Source: Candidatus Omnitrophota bacterium (GTDB taxonomy: Bacteria; Omnitrophota; Gorgyraeia; Zapsychrales; Fredricksoniimonadaceae). Taken from it: DNA of 64,000 nt. The stretch is taken from NCBI GenBank assembly GCA_015233335.1, contig JADFXX010000003.1, positions 29,694 through 93,693 on the forward strand. Direction: 5' to 3'. The position numbers and the translations under genes were made by a program. Below, piece after piece: positions 8,285 through 16,803 of the stretch. The notes below the pieces were generated by a model, which saw only the letters and a list, made by a program, of their open reading frames with translations, did not search any database and was not told where the DNA came from. Each line of letters starts with the position of its first letter. Positions within the stretch are counted from its first letter, which is position 1.

Positions 8285-9572
8285 TGTGATATCCTGCTTC
8301 TTGCAAGGTTTTTAAGGTCACCGGCCCACGGGCTATGATCTGCCAATGTGCCGGTATTGTAGCATAATCTGTCAAAAAATTCTTCACTGTTGAAGGGCTG
8401 GTAAAAATGACGCCCGCGATACTTAAGGATGGCAGGTCGCGTTTGGCCGGTTTGGTATTATTGTAAATAGTGATTTCTGTAACATGGGCGCCCATTAGAG
8501 TTAAAACATCTTTTAAAAATGGATTAGGCAATGATGAGCGTGGAAACAATATGCGTTTGCCTTTGACATTGATCTGTTGGGTCATTGTTTTTAAAAGACC
8601 CCGGGCTGTTTCATCTTGGGCTACAATTGCGGCTTTGATGTTATACTTTTGTAATGCCATGTGGGTGTGCTGCCCGACCACGGCAAAAGTTTTTTCTATA
8701 AAATTAACATCCGGCGCAATAGATAATAGTGTTTTTACAAAATGATCTACCGCAAAAGTGCTGGTGCACATAATGATATCCGAGGATTCAAATGCCTGGA
8801 GGATTTGTTTTTGGGAGGCTTTGTTGAATGCTACGGCCTTGATGTCGATCATAGGCCAATGGATGATTTTACCCAAACGAATGTAATTTTCCGGATGAGT
8901 GCCGCAATGCAAAAAAAGGCGGCGAACATCAAGCACGCTAAATAGATTTCTTAAATCATGGTCTTCATGACGGCCGACTACGGCCAATTGTCCTTGAAGG
9001 GGCATGCCTTCCCATGGAAAAATATCTGATATTTCTCCTTCAAGTTTGAGGCGTTTAAGGGCGCAGGCCGCAACGACGATACCGTCGAGTTGGCCGTTTT
9101 TCACTAACTGCAGACGCTCTGTGATGCTGCCGCGAATATTGACGATATTGACATCTGGACGCAGTTGGAGGATTTGATTTTGACGCAGAAGGCTGCTGGT
9201 GCCAACCTTCGCATGAGCTTCTAGCTGGCTCCAAGGCTTTCTTCCTACCCAGGCGTCTTTATTATCAAGACATTGCGTTAAAGCAAAGATATCCAAGCCT
9301 GCAGGGAAATGTTGCGGCAGGTCTTTGGCGCTGTGTATGGCGATATCTGCTTCTTTGGAAAGCAAAGCGTGATCAATAGCATCAGTAAAAAAATTGTCGG
9401 GGCTTGTGGTCAAAGGAGTCGTTTTATCCTTGTCCCCTGCGGTTTCATACTTAAGGAGTGTATAATTTACATTTGTTCCTAATAGTTTAAGACTCTGGAT
9501 AATTTCCTCGACTTGGGCCAAAGCTAATGGGCTTGAACGAGAAGCGATTTTTATAGGCAAATTCATAGACAC
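8265..9572 (-). CDS. hemCD: Fusion protein: HemC-like domains 1-2 (hydroxymethylbilane synthase) + uroporphyrinogen-III synthase HemD
   Basis: Residues 1 to about 212 align to HemC (IASRSSPLALAQ, HSAKDLP, GTSSLLRQ, IRGSITERL, LQGQLAVVGR). The sequence then passes directly into a HemD-like half (FAVVGQHTHMAL, KRILFPRSS, VIFTSPSTV). The HemC domain-3 segment with the cofactor Cys is not visible. Confidence 0.8.
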   Translation of the reverse strand: MSMNLPIKIASRSSPLALAQVEEIIQSLKLLGTNVNYTLLKYETAGDKDKTTPLTTSPDNFFTDAIDHALLSKEADIAIHSAKDLPQHFPAGLDIFALTQCLDNKDAWVGRKPWSQLEAHAKVGTSSLLRQNQILQLRPDVNIVNIRGSITERLQLVKNGQLDGIVVAACALKRLKLEGEISDIFPWEGMPLQGQLAVVGRHEDHDLRNLFSVLDVRRLFLHCGTHPENYIRLGKIIHWPMIDIKAVAFNKASQKQILQAFESSDIIMCTSTFAVDHFVKTLLSIAPDVNFIEKTFAVVGQHTHMALQKYNIKAAIVAQDETARGLLKTMTQQINVKGKRILFPRSSLPNPFLKDVLTLMGAHVTEITIYNNTKPAKRDLPSLSIAGVIFTSPSTVKNFLTDYATIPAHWQIIARGPVTLKTLQEAGYHNATSLS

Positions 9573-9577
9573 TTTTA

Positions 9578-10771
9578 TTAAATAAATATATACCGGTCAA
9601 CTACGTATTTTGAAAATGGAAAAGCACAGCTAAAAGCCGGAGATACCGCATTAAGAATATGGATGCTTTTGCGATCCCCTTCGATTACAAAATCTTGAAC
9701 AAGACTTAGGGTTTGCTTATTGAGCAACTGTGCCCTGATTCCGGGTTTGGTCCATGTTGTAAATCCTTGCGGGTCGATCGATTTAACCATGGCTGTGGCG
9801 AGAGAAACAAAATATTTCTTGTTGTATTTATGCATTTCTTCATGTGCCAGTGAACGGAAATTAAATGCATTATTCCAGTATAATTTAGATTCATAAAAGA
9901 GGATTTCACTTGTTTCTTTTAAGGAAAACCGGCTTTTGAAATCATAATTTTCACGCCAAAATGCCGGAATAGCAGTGGGCCCGATCTTAATGTCACCTGC
10001 CACGGTTTTGGTGTAGTGAACCCCAAGAAAAGGGTTTTTTAAATTAGGCACGGGATAAATGTTCATATTGATGTCAGTTTTATTTTTAGTATATTTTAGA
10101 TAAAGCCCCTTAAAAGGGATCATGGTATATTTCAACCCAAAGCCGAAATCCTGCGCGACACAATCCGCATAAAGTCCGGCACAATTAATGATTTTATCGG
10201 ATTCAAAATCGCCTTGACTGGTTTTGACAATATTTTGGATGTGGCTTAAATATTTAGCGTTAAATATAAAATTAACCCCAAGCTTGAAAAGGTCGTTTTT
10301 AAGGCTTGCGCATACCTCTTTGGGGTCAACACTGGCTGTGTCCGGAGAATATAAAGCGCGTTTAAAGGTTTTTACATTGGGGCTTAAATCAGAAGCCTCT
10401 TTCTCATCAATTAGACGGACATTGGAACCATTTTGTTTCCCGCGGCGTAAAAGCTCATCTAGTTGTTCTAGTTCACGCTCATTTTGGGCCACAACTAATT
10501 TACCGCATTCATTAATAGCCAAACCCTTGGCCTTCACATAGGCTTTCATGGCACGGCTTCCTTCGACTGTGAACTTGGCCTTGAGACTGTCCGCCGTATA
10601 ATAAAAACCTGCGTGTAAGACTCCGCTGTTTCGGCCTGAAGCGTGACAGGCTTCTAGCGGCTCTTTATCCAAAATTAAAATGCGGGCATCATGCCAGCGG
10701 TTTTTGATGGCCTGGGCGATTGTTAAGCCTATGATCCCTGAACCAATAATTAAAAAGTCAAATTTCTTCAT
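9578..10771 (-). CDS. lhgO: FAD-dependent L-2-hydroxyglutarate oxidase-like oxidoreductase
   Basis: 397 aa. GxGxxG FLIIGSGIIG. CHASGRNSGVLHAGFYYTADSLKAKF aligns closely to E. coli LhgO ([26 protein letters not shown]). NAVSPAFSCAF near the C-terminus. Confidence 0.7.
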   Translation of the reverse strand: MKKFDFLIIGSGIIGLTIAQAIKNRWHDARILILDKEPLEACHASGRNSGVLHAGFYYTADSLKAKFTVEGSRAMKAYVKAKGLAINECGKLVVAQNERELEQLDELLRRGKQNGSNVRLIDEKEASDLSPNVKTFKRALYSPDTASVDPKEVCASLKNDLFKLGVNFIFNAKYLSHIQNIVKTSQGDFESDKIINCAGLYADCVAQDFGFGLKYTMIPFKGLYLKYTKNKTDINMNIYPVPNLKNPFLGVHYTKTVAGDIKIGPTAIPAFWRENYDFKSRFSLKETSEILFYESKLYWNNAFNFRSLAHEEMHKYNKKYFVSLATAMVKSIDPQGFTTWTKPGIRAQLLNKQTLSLVQDFVIEGDRKSIHILNAVSPAFSCAFPFSKYVVDRYIFI

Positions 10772-10855
10772 TAAATTCTACTTTCGTATTTAGTCCATTT
10801 TTGTTAAAATAAATATTAAATTATAACATTAACCTTATGGAAATCTATATAAAAG

Positions 10856-11089
10856 GTGCCTATGAGTAAGTATAATCATCCTTTTGTTATGACGGTTAAA
10901 CCGGGTCGTTATGTATGGTGCAGCTGCGGGGAGTCACAAAAACAACCATTTTGTGACGGCTCTCATGGTCCTACCGGTATGCGGCCTATGTTTGTGGAAA
11001 TTACTGAGGAAAAACAGGTTGCCTGGTGCGGTTGTAAGGTCTCTGCTATTAAACCCTTTTGTGACGGATCACATAAAAAGCTCGTTTAA
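10856..11089 (+). CDS. CDGSH iron-sulfur domain protein (two CDGSH motifs)
   Basis: 77 aa with CSCGESQKQPFCDGSH and CGCKVSAIKPFCDGSH. Confidence 0.85.
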   Translation: MPMSKYNHPFVMTVKPGRYVWCSCGESQKQPFCDGSHGPTGMRPMFVEITEEKQVAWCGCKVSAIKPFCDGSHKKLV

Positions 11090-12204
11090 AACTCTATACC
11101 CACCCTTCCGCCTATTTCAGTGGATGTGTTATCAGGTTCAGTGCCTCCTATATGAAATCTGGTCGAACCTATATAGAAGGGAGTGCTCCATTCAAAATTG
11201 GAATCCTTAATATGCCAATAACGGACAAAGGGCTCAAGAAATAAATTGAAATACTTGAACCTTTTGACCACCTTAAGAGAGCCTTTCAAGCCATACCCGT
11301 GTTTTTGAGGGTTTGAGACATCACCCAACCCCATTTTCCCTAGATAACTTGTTACATAGCCATAAGCAAAGAAATCATACTCTCCCTTCACTGATATCGA
11401 CCATCCATTTTTCATTTCAGTTGTTACTTCAGCTCCTGTTGGGATGTAAAGATATTGGATCCAGCGGGCATAACCACCCGGTTTGTCCTCATAAAAAGAA
11501 TCAAATAAAGAGCGGTAGCCAAAACCTACATAGGGGGTCAGAGTTGTGGATATTTTTTTAATATGGTAATCTTTTCCAAAAAGGGTCCTAACTTCCGCCA
11601 TATAATCATCAATACCTTTGAAATCATTGGAACCCATGTATTCTATTTTGCCGTAACTAAATCTGCCTTCAAAACGGCTAAAGCTAAGGATTTGTGAATA
11701 AAGACTTTCCCCTTCTGGAAGATGCAATGTATAGTTAGCATTAAGGCCATTCATCGCTCCTTTTTCTTTGACAAAGGTAGCGCCTTCAACTGACTCGCGA
11801 TAACTGATATAAGAGGTTTCCGGAGCAATTTCAAATGTGTTGGGCTTTCTTTTGGGAGGTTCTTGCACGGTGGCTTGTTTTTGGATAGTTTGTGCAGGTG
11901 TTATATTTTGTGGTTGGGTGGTTTTCTTTTGAGGAGTGTTTTGTTCGTTTAGCATCTGAAGATTTTGAATATCTTCTGCAGATTGCATCGGTTCTTCCCC
12001 GGGCATCTGCCCCATTTCATTTTTAACCCTTAAATCAGCTTCTTCTGCTTCTTTAAGCATTTGTTTGTCATGGGCGTCATGTGGGGCGTTCCAGTTTACA
12101 TCATCATTTTGAAGGATGGCTTGATCTTCATTGGCGGCTTGAGCAATATTAACTGATAAGCATAATGATAGGCCTAAGATATAAAATACTCTTATATTGA
12201 ACAT
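11086..12204 (-). CDS. Predicted outer-membrane beta-barrel protein with Q/P/E-rich N-terminal region
   Basis: Signal peptide MFNIRVFYILGLSLCLSVNIAQA, low-complexity acidic/Gln-Pro region, alternating-hydrophobicity C-terminal half ending GGRVGIEF (terminal Phe). Confidence 0.55.
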   Translation of the reverse strand: MFNIRVFYILGLSLCLSVNIAQAANEDQAILQNDDVNWNAPHDAHDKQMLKEAEEADLRVKNEMGQMPGEEPMQSAEDIQNLQMLNEQNTPQKKTTQPQNITPAQTIQKQATVQEPPKRKPNTFEIAPETSYISYRESVEGATFVKEKGAMNGLNANYTLHLPEGESLYSQILSFSRFEGRFSYGKIEYMGSNDFKGIDDYMAEVRTLFGKDYHIKKISTTLTPYVGFGYRSLFDSFYEDKPGGYARWIQYLYIPTGAEVTTEMKNGWSISVKGEYDFFAYGYVTSYLGKMGLGDVSNPQKHGYGLKGSLKVVKRFKYFNLFLEPFVRYWHIKDSNFEWSTPFYIGSTRFHIGGTEPDNTSTEIGGRVGIEF

Positions 12205-12281
12205 ATTATCATTCTGGAATAAAAGGGACCAAAAAACAAGTAAAAAAGGAAAAAAGAGGAAAAGCTTTTGATTTTTACAAT

Positions 12282-13304
12282 TTAGGCATAACGGAACATG
12301 GCCTCAATGGACTTAAGGGCGCGCAGTCGTGTGGGCTCATCTAAAATTACCCGGTCACGGGATAACGGGTTTTTTAACGAGCGCAGGATGTCTTCAAGGG
12401 TGTTAGACTTCATATATTTACACATGGTACAACTTCCGACGAGTTGCTTGTCGGGGAATTCCGACTGCAGACGCGCGGAAAGTCCGCATTCGGTCAGCAT
12501 CAAGAATTGTTTTGAGGTGGTATCTTTCATATATTTTAGCATTTGCTCTGTACTGCCGACAAAATCAGAATTATCAATAATGGCGGAGTTGCATTCCGGG
12601 TGGCTGACAATTTTAGCTTCGGGATATTCAAATTTTACTTTTAAGATATCATCCATGCCATACTCTTCGTGAACATAACAGGTGCCTGAATAAAATTTAA
12701 TGTCCTTTTTGATCCCCTGACGTTCCATATAATTCTTAAGATTTTGCCCCATGAACTTATCCGGTAAAAAATAGATCTTGTCATTCGGGATACTCGCGGC
12801 AACTTTGTATACATTTGCAGATGTAACTGTTATATCGCACTCAGCCTTGACTTGAGCGGATGTATTGATGTAGCAGATAAAAGTGTAATCCCTGTATTGG
12901 AGACGTAAATCCTTCACAATTTCAGGCGTGATAGAATCTGCCAGCGTACAACCATCCAAAACGGCAGGAATCAACACCTCTTTTTCAGGGTTGAGAATTT
13001 TGGCTGTTTCCCCCATGAAACGTACGGCCACAAAAACGATCGTTGAAGCACTCGTATTCATAGCATCACGGCTTAATTTATAGGAATCACCCACAAAATC
13101 TGATACACCATAAATGATTTCCGGAGTGATATAAGAATGCGCCAGAATAACGGCGTTATTCTTTTCCTTAAGCTCATTGATTTCAGTGATGATGGGGATT
13201 AATTCTTCACACTTACGCAGGGAATATTGGCAGACGGAGGCGCCAAGCTTAATATTCTTAAGTTTATTGTAAAGTTGTGAAGCTGTCATTTGGGTCTTCA
13301 ACAT
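12282..13304 (-). CDS. nadA: Quinolinate synthase
   Basis: 340 aa. ILAHSYITPEI, FLPDKFMG, CYVHEEY and SHPEC motifs typical of NadA. Confidence 0.9.
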   Translation of the reverse strand: MLKTQMTASQLYNKLKNIKLGASVCQYSLRKCEELIPIITEINELKEKNNAVILAHSYITPEIIYGVSDFVGDSYKLSRDAMNTSASTIVFVAVRFMGETAKILNPEKEVLIPAVLDGCTLADSITPEIVKDLRLQYRDYTFICYINTSAQVKAECDITVTSANVYKVAASIPNDKIYFLPDKFMGQNLKNYMERQGIKKDIKFYSGTCYVHEEYGMDDILKVKFEYPEAKIVSHPECNSAIIDNSDFVGSTEQMLKYMKDTTSKQFLMLTECGLSARLQSEFPDKQLVGSCTMCKYMKSNTLEDILRSLKNPLSRDRVILDEPTRLRALKSIEAMFRYA

Positions 13305-13352
13305 GGGTTAATAAATATATACCTAATCATTAAAATTATCAATATAAAGGTG

Positions 13353-13397
13353 ATAAAGGTGACGGACACAATTTTTAATTAAGTCCGTCACCTTTAT
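13353..13397 (-). terminator. Rho-independent terminator after the ECF sigma/anti-sigma operon
   Basis: Perfect 15-bp inverted repeat ATAAAGGTGACGGAC / GTCCGTCACCTTTAT with a 15-nt loop, just downstream of the anti-sigma stop (13405). T-rich tail on the minus strand. Confidence 0.65.
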
Positions 13398-13404
13398 ATT
13401 ATGA

Positions 13405-14739
13405 TCATTTTTTAAAGAACATGCTGATTATAAAGTATATAATCCCGAAAATAGCACACCAAACCAACACAGGGACAATATATGAAAGCAAGTAGATAAT
13501 CCCGAATAAAATATTAGTGAATACCTCAATGGATGCATTTTTAGTCAGTGTCCATTTATTGTCAAACACGGCTTTCCATTGGTTGCTAGGATCGTTTTGA
13601 TGGACGGCGGTTTTGAAGTTGTCATGATATTTGACAATTATTATGCTCATGCTTGTTTGCTCTTGGTAAAATTTAATCACACGTTCCAGGGCTTTGATCT
13701 CTTCCTGTGTTTGTGTAATTTGTCTTTGAGCATTTTCTTTTTCCGCGTCTGTAGTTGGATTAAAGAGCTTAAAATTGTTAAGTGATTTTTGCAAACGGTC
13801 TTTGTCGGATGTGTATTTAACGATGTTTTCCTGAGCATCATTGTACTGGTCGGTCACATCAGCCGAACTTTCATTCTCTTCATCAACCTCTCCTAATTTT
13901 CTAATCTGTTGCAAAGCATGTTCCAGGTCTTTAGGATAAACTTTGCAAACCATGCTCCCCCCACCGGCCCCATCCATCGACCGATTGAATTCAGAACTCT
14001 CAATGATCCCGTTAAACTGAAGGATCAGGTCGGTTAATTGTGATTTGACCTTAAACGCATTGTCCACCAGCAGGCTTATTTCTGCTTTCTGGATTTTTTT
14101 ACGTGCTTCATCTGCGGCGTAATATCCGTTAGAATTTTGATAATAGCTAGATGTAACAGCATCCTGTACCAGTGCCGGCGCAGCATCCATGCCTGTCATT
14201 GCGACATTTTCCATTCCTGATCTTGCGCTGTAGCTCTTTGCAACTGCTCCTACTGATCTGCTAGCTAAGCGTTTTTTATCATCTTTAAAAGAAACGGAAG
14301 GATAAGTGCTCGCCAGATAATAAGATTCATATTGAGCGCTTTGTACTCCACGACCCCCTCTGCCATGGGAATATTGATCACCAATATCATCCGAGGCTGA
14401 TTTTAGCCGTACTTGCACTCCTCTTTTTAGAGGCACTTGTAATACAGACCCGATGACTAATGTTAAACATAAGGTTGTAACAAAAATAGTTGCCGAGCGT
14501 TTGGTAAACATAGGTTCTCTCCTTTGTTCGAAACGTTTTTGCATTTTGATTTCTTCATCCGGAGAGAGATCTTCATTGGACCATTTTGAGAGAGAAGACG
14601 ACATGGCTTTGTAACTTTTGTAGTCTTTTTGGCACAAAGGACAGGTGCTTAAATGTTCTTCAACAATATTCTTTTCTGACGGCATTATTTCACCATCAAT
14701 GTATGCGGATATGAGGATTTGGATTTCTTCGTGTGTCAT
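13405..14739 (-). CDS. Anti-sigma factor: N-terminal zf-HC2, TM helix, DUF4349-like extracytoplasmic domain, C-terminal TM pair
   Basis: H-x3-C-x2-C (HLSTCPLCQ) near the N-terminus. TM ATIFVTTLCLTLVIGSVL. Coiled-coil region with VTDQYNDAQ-type DUF4349 pattern. Directly follows the ECF sigma gene with a 2-nt gap. Confidence 0.65.
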   Translation of the reverse strand: MTHEEIQILISAYIDGEIMPSEKNIVEEHLSTCPLCQKDYKSYKAMSSSLSKWSNEDLSPDEEIKMQKRFEQRREPMFTKRSATIFVTTLCLTLVIGSVLQVPLKRGVQVRLKSASDDIGDQYSHGRGGRGVQSAQYESYYLASTYPSVSFKDDKKRLASRSVGAVAKSYSARSGMENVAMTGMDAAPALVQDAVTSSYYQNSNGYYAADEARKKIQKAEISLLVDNAFKVKSQLTDLILQFNGIIESSEFNRSMDGAGGGSMVCKVYPKDLEHALQQIRKLGEVDEENESSADVTDQYNDAQENIVKYTSDKDRLQKSLNNFKLFNPTTDAEKENAQRQITQTQEEIKALERVIKFYQEQTSMSIIIVKYHDNFKTAVHQNDPSNQWKAVFDNKWTLTKNASIEVFTNILFGIIYLLSYIVPVLVWCAIFGIIYFIISMFFKK

Positions 14740-14741
14740 TT

Positions 14742-15329
14742 TTACCTTCCCTCCTCTAATAAAATAGGCGGAAGCACATCTTTGAGGTGACTGCGTGCGC
14801 GAAAAATAAGTACTTTTACTTTATCCAATGAGCAGTTTAAAACTTGGCCGATCTCTTCATAGGTCAGGCCGTTATACTCCCTTAATATCAAGGCCTCTTT
14901 TTGTTCTTCAGGTAATTTGCCTATGGCCTTTTGGAGGATTGCCGATATTACTTTTTGATCCAGCTGGTCACGGGCGATTCCCGTTTGGTCAATGACATCG
15001 ATCGGTTCTTCATCTTCTGTATTATTATTTTTAAACCATAAAGGAAAAAAACTGTTACGGTTGCGTATTTTTGAAAGACAGATGTTGCGGGCAACGGTAT
15101 ATATCCAGGTTTTAAAACTGGCCCCCGGTTTGTTGGTATAACGCTTTTCGCAGACCATCATAAAAGCGTGACTGACCGCATCTTCGGCATCGGCTCTATT
15201 ACCAACAAACCGCAGGGCAAAATTGAACAGTCCATCTTTGTGACGCTTGAATATCACTTTTAGCGCCTCCTGATTCTCCTTATAGAACCGAAGGATCAGC
15301 TCTTCATCGTTTGTGTCTTGTATCTCCAT
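14742..15329 (-). CDS. ECF-family RNA polymerase sigma-70 factor
   Basis: Region 2 (ALRFVGNRADAEDAVSHAF, FKTWIYTVARN) and region 4 (LILREYNGLTYEEIGQVLNCSLDKVKVLIFRAR). Start moved to MEIQDTNDEEL (ATG 15329), because the ORF-track start at 15434 overlaps the miaB 3' end. Confidence 0.85.
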   Translation of the reverse strand: MEIQDTNDEELILRFYKENQEALKVIFKRHKDGLFNFALRFVGNRADAEDAVSHAFMMVCEKRYTNKPGASFKTWIYTVARNICLSKIRNRNSFFPLWFKNNNTEDEEPIDVIDQTGIARDQLDQKVISAILQKAIGKLPEEQKEALILREYNGLTYEEIGQVLNCSLDKVKVLIFRARSHLKDVLPPILLEEGR

Positions 15330-15362
15330 TCGTCTACTCTCTCGTCTCTCTCTAACCTTTAA

Positions 15363-15387
15363 ACGCACAACACTCAAGAAAGTTACA
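15363..15387 (-). promoter_or_regulatory. Candidate ECF-type autoregulated promoter (TGTAAC-N16-CGT)
   Basis: Minus strand TGTAACTTTCTTGAGTGTTGTGCGT lies between the miaB stop and the ECF sigma ATG. The AAC / 16-nt spacer / CGT architecture is typical of ECF promoters. Confidence 0.4.
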
Positions 15388-15396
15388 ACTATTTTT

Positions 15397-16725
15397 TTAC
15401 AATGGGTGCCCTTTGAGAGCATGCGGGGTGGCATCGGTGATCATAACTTGGACTGTTTCCCCTATTTTATAGTCTTTCTTAGACAGGATGACCAACTTAT
15501 TGCCCCCTGTACGGCCAACAGAATGGTGTGAGGGTTTGTCTTGAGGTGTCGGTTCGATTAAGATCTCAAAGACCTGGCCGATATGGGCCCGGTTTTTCTT
15601 ATAAGTGATCTCATTTTGGACCTTGTTTAGGCGAAGGATGCGATCTGTTTTGACTGTTTCAGGTACTTGATCGGGGTATTTTTTGGCAGCAATGGTTCCT
15701 TGACGCTCGGAGTACTTGAAGCTAAAGGCAGAATCAAACTGTGCGTGAATGACGGCTTGAAGAGTTTCTTCAAATTCAGCATCTGTTTCGGTCGGAAAAC
15801 CTACGATAATATCTGTTGTTAAAGTAATATTTGGTATTTTGGAGCGTATTTTGTTGACAAGTTTGAGATATTCCCCTTTGGTGTACGTTCTGTTCATCAG
15901 ATTCAGCACGCGGTTATTAGCGGCCTGCAAAGGCAGGTGGACATGTTTGCATATTTTTGGGTTTGCCGCCATCAGATCAAGCAAACGGTCAGGAAAATCT
16001 TTAGGGTGAGGAGAAGTGAAACGGACACGTTCAATGCCTTCAACCCTGCTGACCTCGTCCATCAAATAAGCAAAATCATGATTCTCATAACGGTAAGAAT
16101 TAACGTTTTGGCCTAGTAGAGTGACCTGTTTAAAGCCTTCGCATGCAAGCTGGCGTACCTCTTTGAGTACATTCTCCGGTGAACGGCTGCGTTCTCGTCC
16201 CCGTGTATAAGGCACGACACAAAAGGTGCAAAAATTATCACACCCGCGCATGACCGCAATCCATGCATTGACTCCATCAGTGCGGTTTGGGGTAATATCC
16301 GAATAGGTTTCAAATTCGGACAAAGTCACATCATATGCTTTTTGGCCGTTGTCAGCCGCCTCGCGAATTAATTGCCCCAGACGTTTGTAGCTGTCGGGTC
16401 CGGCGATAAAATCGATCTTTAGACTGCGGTCTTCTAATAAAGACTGGCGTAAATTGGTGGCCATACAGCCTAAAATGCCGATCATGACCAAGGAGTCCTT
16501 GCCCCGCTCATGACGGATGTTATGGACACGGCCATAGACTCTGCGATGGGCATGTTCGCGTACGGCACAGGTGTTAAGAAGAACAATATCCGCTTTCAGT
16601 TCATCAGTGACAAACTCATAGTTCTCTTTTATGAGGATCGAACGCACAAGTTCTGAATCATACTCGTTCATTTGACAGCCGTAGGTCTCTAGGAAAACTT
16701 TTTTCTGTAAAGTGTTATTTATCAC
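15397..16725 (-). CDS. miaB: tRNA-2-methylthio-N6-dimethylallyladenosine synthase
   Basis: 442 aa. ETYGCQMNEYDSE N-terminal domain, radical SAM CDNFCTFC and a C-terminal TRAM domain. GTG start at 16725. Confidence 0.92.
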   Translation of the reverse strand: MINNTLQKKVFLETYGCQMNEYDSELVRSILIKENYEFVTDELKADIVLLNTCAVREHAHRRVYGRVHNIRHERGKDSLVMIGILGCMATNLRQSLLEDRSLKIDFIAGPDSYKRLGQLIREAADNGQKAYDVTLSEFETYSDITPNRTDGVNAWIAVMRGCDNFCTFCVVPYTRGRERSRSPENVLKEVRQLACEGFKQVTLLGQNVNSYRYENHDFAYLMDEVSRVEGIERVRFTSPHPKDFPDRLLDLMAANPKICKHVHLPLQAANNRVLNLMNRTYTKGEYLKLVNKIRSKIPNITLTTDIIVGFPTETDAEFEETLQAVIHAQFDSAFSFKYSERQGTIAAKKYPDQVPETVKTDRILRLNKVQNEITYKKNRAHIGQVFEILIEPTPQDKPSHHSVGRTGGNKLVILSKKDYKIGETVQVMITDATPHALKGHPL

Positions 16726-16785
16726 GGATTAATAAAAAATCATATTCGTTCAACGGTTAAAATTTTTAGATGAACGAGTATGATT
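16726..16785 (-). terminator. Hairpin + U-tract abutting the miaB start: candidate terminator of higBA and/or miaB 5'-UTR structure
   Basis: Arms 16771-16785 (TGAACGAGTATGATT) and 16738-16752 (AATCATATTCGTTCA) pair at 14 of 15 positions with an 18-nt loop. On the minus strand this is followed by TTTTTATTAATCC and then the miaB GTG. Confidence 0.4.
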
Positions 16786-16803
16786 TTGTCTTTCAATATC
16801 AAA

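Noticed and set aside
16748-16762. GTTCAAC-G-GTTAAAA here and GTTTAAC-G-GTTAAAT at 18489-18503 resemble integron attC core sites (RYYYAAC / GTTRRRY). This raised the idea of an integron cassette array.
   Set aside because: The two core-like heptamers are adjacent rather than separated by a 50-100-nt imperfect palindrome. No intI or attI is present, copy B lacks them, and the repeats are clearly derived from miaB coding sequence.
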